IMG/VR virus record: IMGVR_UViG_3300044695_008209
Span: 118,778 to 182,777 of that record
Reading direction: 5' to 3' (one strand)
Length of the DNA: 64,000 bases
DNA from: a virus
Within the stretch, counting starts at the first letter, position 1. Every line of letters starts with the position of its first letter. Shown in pieces: positions 10,203-19,960 of this stretch. Below the pieces are notes generated by a model, which was not told the DNA's origin, did no database searches, and saw nothing but the letters and a program-made list of their open reading frames with translations. A program made the position numbers and the translations under genes.

Positions 10203-11719
10203 GCCTCTCTGCCAAGCTCGCCGGCTCCATTCGCCAGCGGGACTTCGACGTCTTCGAGGGCATCTTCAAGGAGGCTTCGGTCGCCGAGATGCTGCCCCGA
10301 TGCCCGACGGTCCTCGCGGCGCTCTCCAAGATCGCGTCGAAGGGCGCGGGCTCCAAGATCACGGTCGCCGGCGCCACGAAGCTCGCAGACCGCGGACGCT
10401 TCGACGTGGTGCAGGTGCGTCCCATCGAGTTCGGCTACCTCGTGAAGTGGGCGGCTGCCCCGGACGGTGTGCAGCCCCAGCAGCAGGAGATGTCGGTCCC
10501 GCAGGCCCAGCAGGCGCTGCCTCCCGAGGCCCTCCAGGCTGCGGACCAGCAGGGCGTGGCCACGATGACCGGGGTCGAGGCCGAGCCCGACCCGCTCGAG
10601 GAGGTGCCGGCACCCATCGAGGGCTTCGGGATGTACAAGGTGACCGACACCGCGGGCAACCAGGCGGTCGGCTACGTGATCCCCTCCCTCTTCGACCCGC
10701 GCACCGGGCAGCCCACGCCCATGAAGCTGTTCGTGAACGGCAGCGCGTTCGCCCTGCAGCCCGACATGGCCGGCGTGCTCGTCGGCGTCAGCTACAGCCT
10801 GCCCGAGGGTCCGTCCGAGCCCCGCGGCATGGGTGTCTTCTACAAGACCGACGGCAGGGGCATCATCGCCACCATCCCGTTCAACGTGGCGAACTCTGTC
10901 AGCGTCGAGGGTGTCCGGTACTACTCCGCGACGACGATGGAGGGGCAGCCCGTTCAGATCACCCCGAGCGAGGGCCTCGTCCGTCCTGTCGCCGCGAACC
11001 CCTCCGAGATCGCGATGCCGCCGGACTACACCTGGCTCCCGCTGAACGGCCAGATCCAGCTCATGGGCGCCAACACCGGCGCGGACCCGATGCAGCAGGC
11101 CAAGACGGCGTCCTTCTCGAGCTCGGTCACGGTGCGCGCGTGGACGGACGGGTACGGTGGTCTCCAGGGTGCGAAGCTCTCCGGACCCGTGTTCGAGAAG
11201 GTCGGCTCCGGCGACCACGACATCCCCGACGCCCTGTTCTACCTCGCGGCCGCGGGCATGCCCCAGAACCTGGCACTCGCCGTCATGGAGAAGGCGGCCT
11301 CGACGGGGGAGCCCATCCGCATGTACGGCCTCCGCACCCTGTCGAGGGACTCGACCGTCGTGAAGGAGGCCTTCGCCGACGCGCTCGCGGACCTCGGCAC
11401 CCGCGGCTACATGATCCCGAAGGCCCCCTGCCTGCTCAAGGAGGCCATGGCCATCGAGATGCACAAGGAGGCGCGCACGCTGGTCGGCGTGGACTCCCTC
11501 GACACCCTGCTCTCCATCGGCTTCATCAACCCGGAGAACATCCAGGACTTCGTCGACAGCATCCCCGATCTCGAGGAGACCTCGAGCAAGCTCGCGGGCC
11601 TTGTCTTCGCCACGCAGCTCGGCCTGCAGTCGGTGCCCGAGTCGGCCGTGGTCCGCGCCATGACCGCGCTCGAGGACGTGATCGCGGGACTCAAGGGCCT
11701 CAAGACCTACAAGCTCTGA
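10199..11719 (+). CDS. K-x-A-rich putative head/core protein of unknown function
   Basis: ATGA overlap with the upstream ORF; KLAG, KEAS, KIAS, KLAD, KTAS, KAAS, KEAF, KEAM and KEAR sites. Confidence 0.65.
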   Translation: MSLSAKLAGSIRQRDFDVFEGIFKEASVAEMLPRCPTVLAALSKIASKGAGSKITVAGATKLADRGRFDVVQVRPIEFGYLVKWAAAPDGVQPQQQEMSVPQAQQALPPEALQAADQQGVATMTGVEAEPDPLEEVPAPIEGFGMYKVTDTAGNQAVGYVIPSLFDPRTGQPTPMKLFVNGSAFALQPDMAGVLVGVSYSLPEGPSEPRGMGVFYKTDGRGIIATIPFNVANSVSVEGVRYYSATTMEGQPVQITPSEGLVRPVAANPSEIAMPPDYTWLPLNGQIQLMGANTGADPMQQAKTASFSSSVTVRAWTDGYGGLQGAKLSGPVFEKVGSGDHDIPDALFYLAAAGMPQNLALAVMEKAASTGEPIRMYGLRTLSRDSTVVKEAFADALADLGTRGYMIPKAPCLLKEAMAIEMHKEARTLVGVDSLDTLLSIGFINPENIQDFVDSIPDLEETSSKLAGLVFATQLGLQSVPESAVVRAMTALEDVIAGLKGLKTYKL

Positions 11720-11726
11720 GGGACTG

Positions 11727-12602
11727 GTGGCAGGCAACGTCTTCGCACACCCCGCGCATTACTACGCCAGGTACCTGGTGTTGCTGCTCGACGACCCGCG
11801 CAAGGAACTGACTCCTGCGCTGGAGGTCTGCGGGCTCGCGGGGATGGACAAGGCGCAGGTCGACCGTGCCATCTCGGACATGCAGGGCCAGCCCGTAGAC
11901 TTCCGGCCGTGGGACCCTCACCACGCCCCCTCCGTGCGCTGGCTCCGCCAGAAGAAAGTGCACTCGCTGATGCACCAGGATGCCGCGGTGGAGGGCATGT
12001 CCGGCATCGTCGCGCATCGACGCATGAGGGAGACCGTCGAGCGCATGCTCATCGGCAACGTGGGTCACGCCGAGATCGCCTTCCGCCTTCGGGACCTCGG
12101 GTACGCCGTTGGGGAGTCTGCGGTCGCGGACTTCCGCCACTTCTTCTGGAACACGGAGATCATGGGGGCGGCCGACTGGGCGAACTACTTCCGCGAGGAT
12201 GACCGCGGCCGTACGCGCGACCTGCAAGGCCAGTACGCCGCCGCGCGCATCTCGGGACCCCAGTTCGCCCTCTACAGGTCCGGCATCAAGGTCGAGGTCG
12301 ACCGCCGCAAGGTCCTCGAGGAGGTCCACGACGAGCTCTACTTCACCTTCCAGGAGGTGCGCGCGCTGCCCACGTCTGAGAAGAAGGTGGAGATGCTGTC
12401 CACCATCTCGCGCAGCCTGGTGCGCATCGACGAGCGCATCGAGGCCGGCGACAGCGCCCTCGCCGACGTGCTCCGGAAGTTCGAGAAGTTCCGCGTCGTG
12501 CCGAACGCCGAGACGGTGCCTTCCATGAAGGAGCTTGCTCCGACTGGGACCATGAGTGATAGGGGGAGGCGTATGATCGCCACTTCCAAGGAGACCGCAT
12601 GA
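11727..12602 (+). CDS. Hypothetical helical protein, possibly DNA-binding (candidate small terminase)
   Basis: HTH-like segment AEIAFRLRDLGYAVGESAVADFR; function is a guess. Confidence 0.45.
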   Translation: MAGNVFAHPAHYYARYLVLLLDDPRKELTPALEVCGLAGMDKAQVDRAISDMQGQPVDFRPWDPHHAPSVRWLRQKKVHSLMHQDAAVEGMSGIVAHRRMRETVERMLIGNVGHAEIAFRLRDLGYAVGESAVADFRHFFWNTEIMGAADWANYFREDDRGRTRDLQGQYAAARISGPQFALYRSGIKVEVDRRKVLEEVHDELYFTFQEVRALPTSEKKVEMLSTISRSLVRIDERIEAGDSALADVLRKFEKFRVVPNAETVPSMKELAPTGTMSDRGRRMIATSKETA

Positions 12603-13006
12603 CCGGAACTGACCAGCCGCCCCTCAACAAGAAGGCCATGCTCACCGCGTTCAGCGAAGGCGTCGACCTCTTCAAGCGTGCCGAGTTCTCCCTCGACGCC
12701 CGCGAGGAGTTGAAGGGTCAGTTCTGCGACGTCACCGTGGTGTTCAAGCCGCAGGGCGACGTGATCTTCCAGCTCTTCCCGAAGAAGCGGAAGTTGCTGC
12801 GCGGCGATCAGGACGGCCGAGTGCTGCTCAGCGAACTCGTCGAGGTCTACTTCTCCGACACCGGGCGCTTCTCCGCCTCCTGGGTCCCGGAGCTTGAGAG
12901 CTGGGCGCTCAAGGCCGCGCGCCTTGCGGACACGCTGAGCTACGACAAGGACCACCACGTCTACGGCTTCGCCACGTACATCAACCAGGCGCTCGCCGAC
13001 CTGTAG
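12599..13006 (+). CDS. Hypothetical protein
   Basis: ATGA overlap and RBS aaggag; coding-like codon use. Confidence 0.55.
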   Translation: MTGTDQPPLNKKAMLTAFSEGVDLFKRAEFSLDAREELKGQFCDVTVVFKPQGDVIFQLFPKKRKLLRGDQDGRVLLSELVEVYFSDTGRFSASWVPELESWALKAARLADTLSYDKDHHVYGFATYINQALADL

Positions 13007-13014
13007 GAGTCCAC

Positions 13015-13665
13015 ATGGCCCTCCGCTCGAACACCTTCGCATCCGCGCACGCTCTGGCTACCTGGATGACCGCCAACGGCTACGGGCCGGAGGACGTGCA
13101 CTTCATGTACCTGAACAGCTCGGGCCACTTCGACGTCCTCTACGACGACGCGGACCCGACTGGGATGATCGTGGGCGAGGTGGCGGGCACCACGGGGGCG
13201 CAGACCATCGCGGTGAGTTCGGTGACCAAGCGCTTCACGCGCTCCGCCGGCAGCTACATCACGGACGGCTTCAAGGTCGGAGACCACGTCACCTTCGCGG
13301 GCTGCACCAACGGGGCGAACAACAGCACGTTCATCGTGACCGCGGTGTCCGCCCTGTACCTGGAGTGCTCCGGGGCCGTGGGCTTGGTGACAGAGGCCGG
13401 CACCGGTGACGAGACAGCCACGGCGGTGGGATGGAGCCTCGACATAGGGGACGGGCACCGCCTGGGCCTCATCCGGGTCATCGCCAGCGGCGGCGACACC
13501 ACGGTGAACATCCTCAACCAGGGCGCTATCCCGATCCTCAGCGGGGACACCTTCGAGTTCGAGTACGGCGGGCGGTACCAGGGTGATGGGACTGCAGTGG
13601 ACGCGAACCGCGTGACGGTCGGCGACAACGCCAAGTACACCGTCACCTGGCTGGATCGGAGCTAA
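13015..13665 (+). CDS. Virion structural protein with a beta-sandwich module shared with the fibre at 1997
   Basis: RBS aggag; FTRSAGSYITDGFKVGD...GANNSTFIVTAV. Confidence 0.6.
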   Translation: MALRSNTFASAHALATWMTANGYGPEDVHFMYLNSSGHFDVLYDDADPTGMIVGEVAGTTGAQTIAVSSVTKRFTRSAGSYITDGFKVGDHVTFAGCTNGANNSTFIVTAVSALYLECSGAVGLVTEAGTGDETATAVGWSLDIGDGHRLGLIRVIASGGDTTVNILNQGAIPILSGDTFEFEYGGRYQGDGTAVDANRVTVGDNAKYTVTWLDRS

Positions 13666-13667
13666 AG

Positions 13668-13695
13668 GGACGGCCCTCTCAAGAGAGGGCCGTCC
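13668..13695. terminator. Hairpin at a convergent gene junction (likely bidirectional terminator)
   Basis: Perfect 13-bp stem ggacggccctctc-aa-gagagggccgtcc. Confidence 0.75.
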
Positions 13696-14299
13696 TGCAC
13701 GCCTTCTTCCGGTGGTGGACCGTCAGGCCGTACTTCCGCAGCGCAGCGATGTGCTCGCTGGTCTGCTTGCCTCCGCCGGCGTAGCCCATGTTGGAGTCGA
13801 ACCGGTAGAGCGGGAACTCTCGGTGCAACTCCAACATGATGGCGTCGCGGTAGGTCTTCGCGATGATGCTGGCCGCTGCCACGATCCAGAAGGAGGAGTC
13901 CGCCTGCGGGATGACGCGCTGGTCGATCCCGTGCAGCCCCTCGAGCATGATGTTGCCGTCCACCACGAGCAGGTCCACCGGGGCCTCCTCGTTGAGCACC
14001 TTCAGCGCGTCGAGCTTCGACCACAACAGTGCCTTGCTGTAGCCGTGCTTGTCGATGTCCGCTGGAGAGATCTCTCCGATGCCCACGGCCGCGCGGCGCT
14101 CCAGGAGGTAGGGCATCAGACGCGACATGATCTCCACGCGCTGCGCCGGCGTGGTCTTCTTCGAGTCCCGGACCCCCGGCACCGGCCACCACTCTTGGAA
14201 GTTGCCGAAGGGCACGTTCACGTCGACCGCGACGGCGACGGAGACCAACGGCCCGGCCAACGCCCCGTACCCGACCTCGTCCACACCTGCGTACCTCAC
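13679..14299 (-). CDS. rnhB: Ribonuclease HII
   Basis: AGVDEVGYGALAGP, RDSK, VDG, AAASIIAK..RD and GY motifs; GTG start overlaps the upstream stop. Confidence 0.9.
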   Translation of the reverse strand: MRYAGVDEVGYGALAGPLVSVAVAVDVNVPFGNFQEWWPVPGVRDSKKTTPAQRVEIMSRLMPYLLERRAAVGIGEISPADIDKHGYSKALLWSKLDALKVLNEEAPVDLLVVDGNIMLEGLHGIDQRVIPQADSSFWIVAAASIIAKTYRDAIMLELHREFPLYRFDSNMGYAGGGKQTSEHIAALRKYGLTVHHRKKACRTALS

Positions 14300-14481
14300 A
14301 GGACCCTCAGCAGGCCCTGCCGGATCACCTCGATGTCCTGCTCGGGAACATCGAGAAGCAGGGACCAGAGGAGGCCGTGCCACCGACTTAGGTCTGCGCG
14401 GACAGCCTCGCGTTGGTTCGGGGTGAGACCCGAGACCTGCGCACGTAGGATGGCGTCAACCTCCTCCTGCGCTGTCTTCAT
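14296..14481 (-). CDS. Small hypothetical protein (MKTAQEEVDAIL...)
   Basis: Start and stop overlap both neighbours (ATGA/GTGA). Confidence 0.5.
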   Translation of the reverse strand: MKTAQEEVDAILRAQVSGLTPNQREAVRADLSRWHGLLWSLLLDVPEQDIEVIRQGLLRVL

Positions 14482-15146
14482 CCTGGCTCCACGAAGGCGG
14501 CGCACTTGCACCCGCCGAAGATGCAGGTGCCTGCCGGCTTCATGCACCAGCCGGAGTCGTCCTCCTTCGGCATCCCCTTCAGCGGGGCCTCCCCGAGGTG
14601 GCTGTTGCGCTTGTGCCCGCACGTCCCGCAGAGGTTCTCGGGAGTCCCGTACTTGTCCGTCCAGTATGGCTCGGGGTCAGGCGGGCAGATGCAGTTCGAC
14701 TCGAGATCGACGATCTGCTCCGAGAGGCGCATCTCCATGCAGTCGGGGCAGGGGTCGGGGGCGCGGATCTGTGAGCGCTTCCTGTCCTTCTCCACGCTCC
14801 ACTCCCCGGGCAGCAGCGGAGTGCGCCGCTGGATCTCGCTGACCCGGATGAAGCACTGGTACGCGAGCTTCACAGAGATCGGGTCGGGGTTGGCGAGGTA
14901 GGTGAGTCCCTGGGTGTAGTAGGACCGGACCTCCTCCGTGTACTTGCTGATCTGCGTCTCCGGGACGTCGGGGACAAGGCCGCCACCTCCGTCAGGGGTG
15001 ACGACGAAGCGCAGGGGGTAGGTCACGTTGCGCACCTCGTGCTCGCGCCATTTCATCGCCTGAAGCCAGACCTGCCTGGCGTGCGCCATCTCAGCGGCGA
15101 ACCTTGGGTCGGAGATGGAGTCTACGTCTCGCGTTCCGAGCGACAT
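14478..15146 (-). CDS. Hypothetical protein with Cys/His metal-binding motifs
   Basis: RBS aggagg; CPDC, CIC and C-terminal CGTCGH...H...C...CKC. Confidence 0.6.
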   Translation of the reverse strand: MSLGTRDVDSISDPRFAAEMAHARQVWLQAMKWREHEVRNVTYPLRFVVTPDGGGGLVPDVPETQISKYTEEVRSYYTQGLTYLANPDPISVKLAYQCFIRVSEIQRRTPLLPGEWSVEKDRKRSQIRAPDPCPDCMEMRLSEQIVDLESNCICPPDPEPYWTDKYGTPENLCGTCGHKRNSHLGEAPLKGMPKEDDSGWCMKPAGTCIFGGCKCAAFVEPG

Positions 15147-15468
15147 CGCTGTCCTCCTCGTAGGGGTTGACCTTCATCTCGGGCCCGAGACCGCGGATGA
15201 GGATGAGTGCCGTCCACCGAGTGCGGGGGTTCCCGATCCCGGAGGAGTCGAGCTCGGCGTTGTTGACGAAGCACCAGCTCTCGAGGAGCTGGCGCATGAA
15301 GGTGGACGTCGTCGCGGTCCACGTGGTGGAGGCGGTAAGGAACAGGACCCACTGGAGTGGGTCTGTCCGTTGAACGATCTGCGCGTCAAGCAGATCGCCG
15401 TCCAGGGCCCTGTTCGCCGAGGCGGCGAACAGGGGTACCCAGGCGAGCGAGGGTACGAGACCGGTCAC
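15091..15468 (-). CDS. Hypothetical protein
   Basis: GTGA overlap with the upstream stop; overlaps the next gene by 56 nt. Confidence 0.4.
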   Translation of the reverse strand: MTGLVPSLAWVPLFAASANRALDGDLLDAQIVQRTDPLQWVLFLTASTTWTATTSTFMRQLLESWCFVNNAELDSSGIGNPRTRWTALILIRGLGPEMKVNPYEEDSDVARNARRRLHLRPKVRR

Positions 15469-16256
15469 GCTTCGGCCATCTCCTGCCCGTCGCGCACCGC
15501 CGAGAGGATGTCCGGATCCACTGCGCTCAATCCCGCCTCCTTGAACGCGGCACCCATGGTCGTATCCGCGTGCACCTCCAGCAGCGAGTAGTGCGGGGTG
15601 GGCTCGGCGAGGATCTCCAGCGTCACACGGGACCCGATCCCAGCGCGGCTCCGGAGCTGGGCGTGGAGTTTCGGGACGATCTCACTGAGGGGAGCGTCTC
15701 CCTTCTCGAGGACGGACTTCGGGTCCCCCGGAGTCATCCAGCGCACTGGCACCACCACCGCGGTCTTCCTCCCGTCGTCGTGCTCTTCCACCACCGTCGC
15801 CGCCAGGTACGGCACCAGGTGGAGCATGCGGGTGCGGACGTCCCACTCGAGGCCGATACCGCCGCCCATGACCTGGCCGTCCACGATGACAGGCACGTTC
15901 GGCCCCGCCCAGAACACGTCCTTCGGGGGGACCCAGAGGTGGTACTGCTTCAGCGGAGAGCTGTCGTTGATCGCGGCGCTGAAGACCCGGCCGTCACGAA
16001 CACGCAGGGAGCCCCCGTCGATCGGGAAGTGCCGGAGGGTGTTGTTGAGGGCCGCGCGCGCGGATTCCATGCTGCTGTCGCGCCCGACGATCCCAGGCAT
16101 GGTGGACCACATCCGAGGCACGCCACGGCTGTCGACCCCGCCGAACACCGCGATGGTGGTCCAGTGCGGCGGGATGGAGATGGTTTCGCCATCCTGAGCG
16201 TGGCTGGAGGCGGGAAGAAGGCGGCATTCGAGGCCGAGCGTGAAGACGTGGTTCAT
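15465..16256 (-). CDS. Hypothetical protein
   Basis: RBS aagga; CATAAG motif about 40 nt upstream. Confidence 0.6.
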   Translation of the reverse strand: MNHVFTLGLECRLLPASSHAQDGETISIPPHWTTIAVFGGVDSRGVPRMWSTMPGIVGRDSSMESARAALNNTLRHFPIDGGSLRVRDGRVFSAAINDSSPLKQYHLWVPPKDVFWAGPNVPVIVDGQVMGGGIGLEWDVRTRMLHLVPYLAATVVEEHDDGRKTAVVVPVRWMTPGDPKSVLEKGDAPLSEIVPKLHAQLRSRAGIGSRVTLEILAEPTPHYSLLEVHADTTMGAAFKEAGLSAVDPDILSAVRDGQEMAEA

Positions 16257-18105
16257 GGATGATCCTTGTTGTAGCTGGCGGGAGTTGCCAGTACAGGCTT
16301 ATGGCAAGATCATGAAGCCTTTAGGGTCTGCAGATCCCCTGGACGTCTTCCGCCTGATCAGGCAGGAGTCCTCCGACGGCGTCCTCGAGGACTACCCGAA
16401 CGAGTGGGACTACGAGCCCCCCGTGCCGGACGTCTCCCCGTGGGAGTACACGGACGCGATGAGGGGGGCGAACGACCTCCTCGAGGTGTCCCCCTCCCAG
16501 TTCGTCGAGACCTCGATCCTGATGCCGGACGCGGAGACGAAGACGCTCGTCCCGTTCGACTTCACGCACCGCCCGTACCTGCGCCGCATCTACGACACCC
16601 CGAGCAAGCGCGTCCTCTTGATGTGCGCGCGGCAGGTCGAGAAGTCGACCACCCTCGGGAACCGCATCCTCGCGGTCAGCTGCCTCATCCCGCACTTCCG
16701 CACGCTCTACGTCTCGCCCTCCGCGCAGCAGACGCAGGAGTTCAGCAAGACCCGCATCCGCGAACTCCTCGAGACGTCTCCCGACCTGCGGCGCTGGTTC
16801 CCCGCGCACCTCACGGACAACGTCTTCGAGAAGCGCGCGATCAACCGCAGCACGGTGACCCTGCGGTACGCGTTCTTGAACGCGGACCGGTGCCGTGGTC
16901 TTCGCGCCGACTTGGTGGCGCTGGACGAGATCCAACACATCCACCTCGAGAACATCCCCGTCATCGAGGAGGCGGCGTCCCACTCCCCCTACCGGAACTT
17001 CATCTACTCGGGCACCCCGCTCACGCTCGACAACCCGATGGAGCACTACTGGTCGAACTTCTCCACCCAGAACGAGTGGGCCGTCCCCTGCGAGCGCCAC
17101 GGTGTGCCGAAGGACCCCGGGTCCTGGCACTGGAACATCCTCGGCGAGGACAACATCGGGAAGCTGGGGCTCATCTGCGACAAGTGCGGAGGGCGCATCA
17201 ACGCGGCGCACCCGCAGGCGCAGTGGGTCCGCACCGGCTCTCCCGACCCCACGCTGAGCGTCTTCGAGGGGTTCCGGATCCCGCAGCTCATGGTGCCGTG
17301 GATCGACTGGAAGGATCTGTACACCAAGTACCAGGACTACCCGCGGGCCATGTTCTTCAACGAGTGCCTCGGGCTCTCGTTCGACAGCGGGCAGCGGCCC
17401 CTCTCGGCGGCCGACATCCAGCTGAACTGCGACGACGAGCAGCGGCTCAGCCCGGAGAACGTGAAGCTGTGGAAGGAGAAGCTCGCCGGCGTGCCCCTCT
17501 ACGGCGGCATCGACTGGGGACAGGACAGCTCGAAGTCGTACACGGTGATGAAGGTCGGAGGGTACTACCGCGGGAAGTTCCGCGTCATCTTCGCGCACCG
17601 CTTCGTGGGGGCGGAGTCCGACATCCGCGCGCAGATGGACAAGATCTGCCGCATCATCGACACCTTCCAGCTCGCCAGGGTCGGCGTTGACTACGGCGGC
17701 GGTCTTCACCCCAACGACGAGCTCCTGCGGAAGTACGGATCCCAGCGCATCGTGCGTTTCCAGTACTCGACCCCCAGCGTCTACATGAAGTGGGACGCCC
17801 AGCTGGGCCGTTACATCATCCACCGCTCGGAGGTGATGTCGGCGCTCTTCAACGCCATCAAGCGCGGGAACGTCTACCGCTTCCCCGCGTGGAAGGACTT
17901 CTCGCAGCCGTTCGCCGCCGACATGCTCTCGATCTTCTCCGAGTACAATGAGTTCATGCACATGACCCAGTACAAGAAGTCGCCGAACAACACCGACGAC
18001 TCCTTCCACGCGCTGCTGTTCATGACGTGCGCATCCATGCTGGACACCCCCCGCCCCGACATCTTCGTCCCCAACGCCGCGATCGACCGTCGCCTTGCGG
18101 ACTAA
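16240..18105 (+). CDS. terL: Terminase large subunit, lambda GpA-like (real start probably 16312)
   Basis: CARQVEKST (Walker A), RGLRADLVALDEIQ (Walker B), YSGTP, Zn finger CERH...CDKC, nuclease GGIDWG. Confidence 0.9.
   Translation: MKTWFMDDPCCSWRELPVQAYGKIMKPLGSADPLDVFRLIRQESSDGVLEDYPNEWDYEPPVPDVSPWEYTDAMRGANDLLEVSPSQFVETSILMPDAETKTLVPFDFTHRPYLRRIYDTPSKRVLLMCARQVEKSTTLGNRILAVSCLIPHFRTLYVSPSAQQTQEFSKTRIRELLETSPDLRRWFPAHLTDNVFEKRAINRSTVTLRYAFLNADRCRGLRADLVALDEIQHIHLENIPVIEEAASHSPYRNFIYSGTPLTLDNPMEHYWSNFSTQNEWAVPCERHGVPKDPGSWHWNILGEDNIGKLGLICDKCGGRINAAHPQAQWVRTGSPDPTLSVFEGFRIPQLMVPWIDWKDLYTKYQDYPRAMFFNECLGLSFDSGQRPLSAADIQLNCDDEQRLSPENVKLWKEKLAGVPLYGGIDWGQDSSKSYTVMKVGGYYRGKFRVIFAHRFVGAESDIRAQMDKICRIIDTFQLARVGVDYGGGLHPNDELLRKYGSQRIVRFQYSTPSVYMKWDAQLGRYIIHRSEVMSALFNAIKRGNVYRFPAWKDFSQPFAADMLSIFSEYNEFMHMTQYKKSPNNTDDSFHALLFMTCASMLDTPRPDIFVPNAAIDRRLAD
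16298..16324 (-). promoter_or_regulatory. Putative phage promoter CTAAAG-N15-CATAAG
   Basis: One copy of a motif recurring upstream of - strand genes. Confidence 0.5.
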
Positions 18106-18114
18106 GAAGACGCA

Positions 18115-18143
18115 CGGGAGGAGGGCTTGTGGCCCCCCTCCCG
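18115..18143. terminator. Hairpin at a convergent junction
   Basis: cgggagg-a-gggc / gccc-c-cctcccg stem, between terL and a - strand gene. Confidence 0.6.
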
Positions 18144-18165
18144 ATTGTCACCTGACCTCTCCCGC

Positions 18166-18630
18166 TCAGCTCGCCGCGGCCTTCTTGCCCGCCGGCTTCT
18201 TCTCGGCCGCGGGCTCCTCCTCTTCCGAGTCCGCCGTCTTGACCGGCTTGGCGGCCGCGTCAACGAGAGACTGTCCGAAGGCCTTCTGCTCCTCGTCGGT
18301 CTTGCCGGACATGGCCATGTAGGCCTTCCGGACGTTCTCGTCCTCGACCATGCTCTTGCCGAGCTTGCCCAGCTGGCGGGCGTTCTCTGCCGCGTGCACC
18401 TCGACGTCGCGGCCCAGGAACCAGAACCCGGCCTCGGTCACCACGACCACGGCGACCGTCGCCCCGATGATGACCTTCATCGAGAGGACCACGGGGGCTC
18501 CGCGGAAGTACTGGGTGGCGGCGGGCACCGCCCAGCCGAGGATGGTGACGGTGGCTGCTGCGGTGGCGACCGGGGCGCTGTACCCGAACAGGCGGCGGCG
18601 GAGAACTTCGAGCTTGCTGATGGCGTTCAT
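18166..18630 (-). CDS. Membrane protein with two predicted TM segments
   Basis: Two hydrophobic stretches and a charged C-terminus; RBS gagg. Confidence 0.6.
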   Translation of the reverse strand: MNAISKLEVLRRRLFGYSAPVATAAATVTILGWAVPAATQYFRGAPVVLSMKVIIGATVAVVVVTEAGFWFLGRDVEVHAAENARQLGKLGKSMVEDENVRKAYMAMSGKTDEEQKAFGQSLVDAAAKPVKTADSEEEEPAAEKKPAGKKAAAS

Positions 18631-18689
18631 GTTGACCTCTGTGAGATGAGATGGACGGGGGAAGGCAGCCGGTGATTGCTGTCACCTAC

Positions 18690-18718
18690 CTTATGCCAGG
18701 TTCTTGGTGTCTTTTTAG
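18690..18718 (-). promoter_or_regulatory. Putative phage promoter AAAAAG-N15-CATAAG
   Basis: Intergenic; 60 nt upstream of the start at 18630. Confidence 0.55.
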
Positions 18719-18731
18719 CGAGTAGCGGTCA

Positions 18732-19190
18732 CTACCCCAGGTTCAGCCGCGGATGGCCCACCTTCTGCCGGGAGGGACGCACGTCGCTCTGCTGCTGGGC
18801 GCGCACCAGCGCGGACAGCTCGCGCACCTGCTGGTGCAGGTCCGTGACCTGCGCGGTGAGCACCGCGATGTGCTCGTCCGGGGTCACATCCGGTACCACA
18901 GCCGCGCGCTCCTCCAGGGCGCGCACGCGGCCCTCCAGCTCGGCCCACTGGTCCACCGTCGCCTGGGACTGCGTACCGAACTTGCTCTGCAGGTCCTTGA
19001 GGGCACCGGCGATGGCGTCGAGCTCTGTCCGGAGATCGGGCCCCGTGCTCGCTGGGGGAGGCGCCGGCGTACTGGCAGTCTCGCGGGCTTCGGGCTTCCG
19101 GGACCGCGGTGCCCGGGCGGGGCGAGCAGGTTCTCCCCCGCGTGCCACGCGATCGACTTCATCCGCCGCTGCGGTTCGTGCATCCTTCAT
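18732..19190 (-). CDS. Coiled-coil hypothetical protein
   Basis: RBS aggag before ATG 19190; heptad-rich C-terminal half. Confidence 0.55.
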   Translation of the reverse strand: MKDARTAAADEVDRVARGGEPARPARAPRSRKPEARETASTPAPPPASTGPDLRTELDAIAGALKDLQSKFGTQSQATVDQWAELEGRVRALEERAAVVPDVTPDEHIAVLTAQVTDLHQQVRELSALVRAQQQSDVRPSRQKVGHPRLNLG

Positions 19191-19224
19191 GAGAACTCCT
19201 GGAGTGATGTTGACTTCCAGGATT

Positions 19225-19252
19225 CTTATGCCGACTTTTCGCGCCCCTTCTG
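19225..19252 (-). promoter_or_regulatory. Putative phage promoter CAGAAG-N16-CATAAG
   Basis: 35 nt upstream of 19190; overlaps the stop codon of the HTH gene. Confidence 0.45.
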
Positions 19253-19960
19253 CCGTGCGCGAGAGAGCAGGGACTCGCGGATGGACGCGGGAGAGTCGAG
19301 CAACGCTGCGCGACGCAGTTCCCGATCCGGGTCCGTGTTGTACAGGTCGTCGTAGCAGAGCGCGGTCACGCGGAGGCGCCGGCGTCCTTCCGTGAGGCGG
19401 CGGTGCATCATCTGCAGGTCCACGTCGGTCTTGTACGAGGGGTGCTCGTACGTGTGGACGATGAGGGTGATGCAAAGGCGCAAGAACGTGCTCCAGGGCC
19501 GCGGTTCTGCCACCGCAGCGGCGACGATGGCGAGGTCCTCCTCGTTGAGCTGGATGAAGATCTCCGCCCACTGCGAGAGGTTGTCGATGGACCAGCCTGT
19601 CTTGTGCAGGTCGGCGACGGCAGCCTCGTAGATGGCGCGCGCGGTCGGAGCGTCGAGGCGCAGCGGTGTCTCGTGCATGTCCAAGACCCGGAGGATCACG
19701 TCCATCTCGGAGCGGAGTCGTCGAAGCGCTGCGCGCATCTCCAGGATCTCGCCCTGCCGCGCAGCGGGGGTTCTCACCGTCGAGTGGATCTTGTCCTTGC
19801 GGAGTTCCTCGACCTCGAGGGGAGCGAGCCACTTGCGGCGGCTCCCCGAGGTCGTGGTAGTCGACAACAGCCCTTGGGCGATGTACTTTCGGACGGACCG
19901 CTGCGTGACACCGAGGTGCCGAGCAGCTTCTTCGATCGACATCGCCTCCTCTGCCATCAC
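19226..19960 (-). CDS. MerR/excisionase-like HTH DNA-binding protein
   Basis: MSIEEAARHLGVTQRSVRKYIAQGLL, then a coiled coil; RBS gggag. Confidence 0.75.
   Translation of the reverse strand: MMAEEAMSIEEAARHLGVTQRSVRKYIAQGLLSTTTTSGSRRKWLAPLEVEELRKDKIHSTVRTPAARQGEILEMRAALRRLRSEMDVILRVLDMHETPLRLDAPTARAIYEAAVADLHKTGWSIDNLSQWAEIFIQLNEEDLAIVAAAVAEPRPWSTFLRLCITLIVHTYEHPSYKTDVDLQMMHRRLTEGRRRLRVTALCYDDLYNTDPDRELRRAALLDSPASIRESLLSRARQKGREKSA

Noticed and set aside
10190-10210. Programmed frameshift joining ORFs 8469 and 10199
   Set aside because: An ordinary ATGA translational-coupling overlap with no slippery heptamer seen.
16240-18105. Intein or intron in terminase (also considered for SNF2 and ThyX)
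   Set aside because: Motif spacing and lengths are normal; no C-terminal His-Asn splice junction or homing endonuclease motifs.
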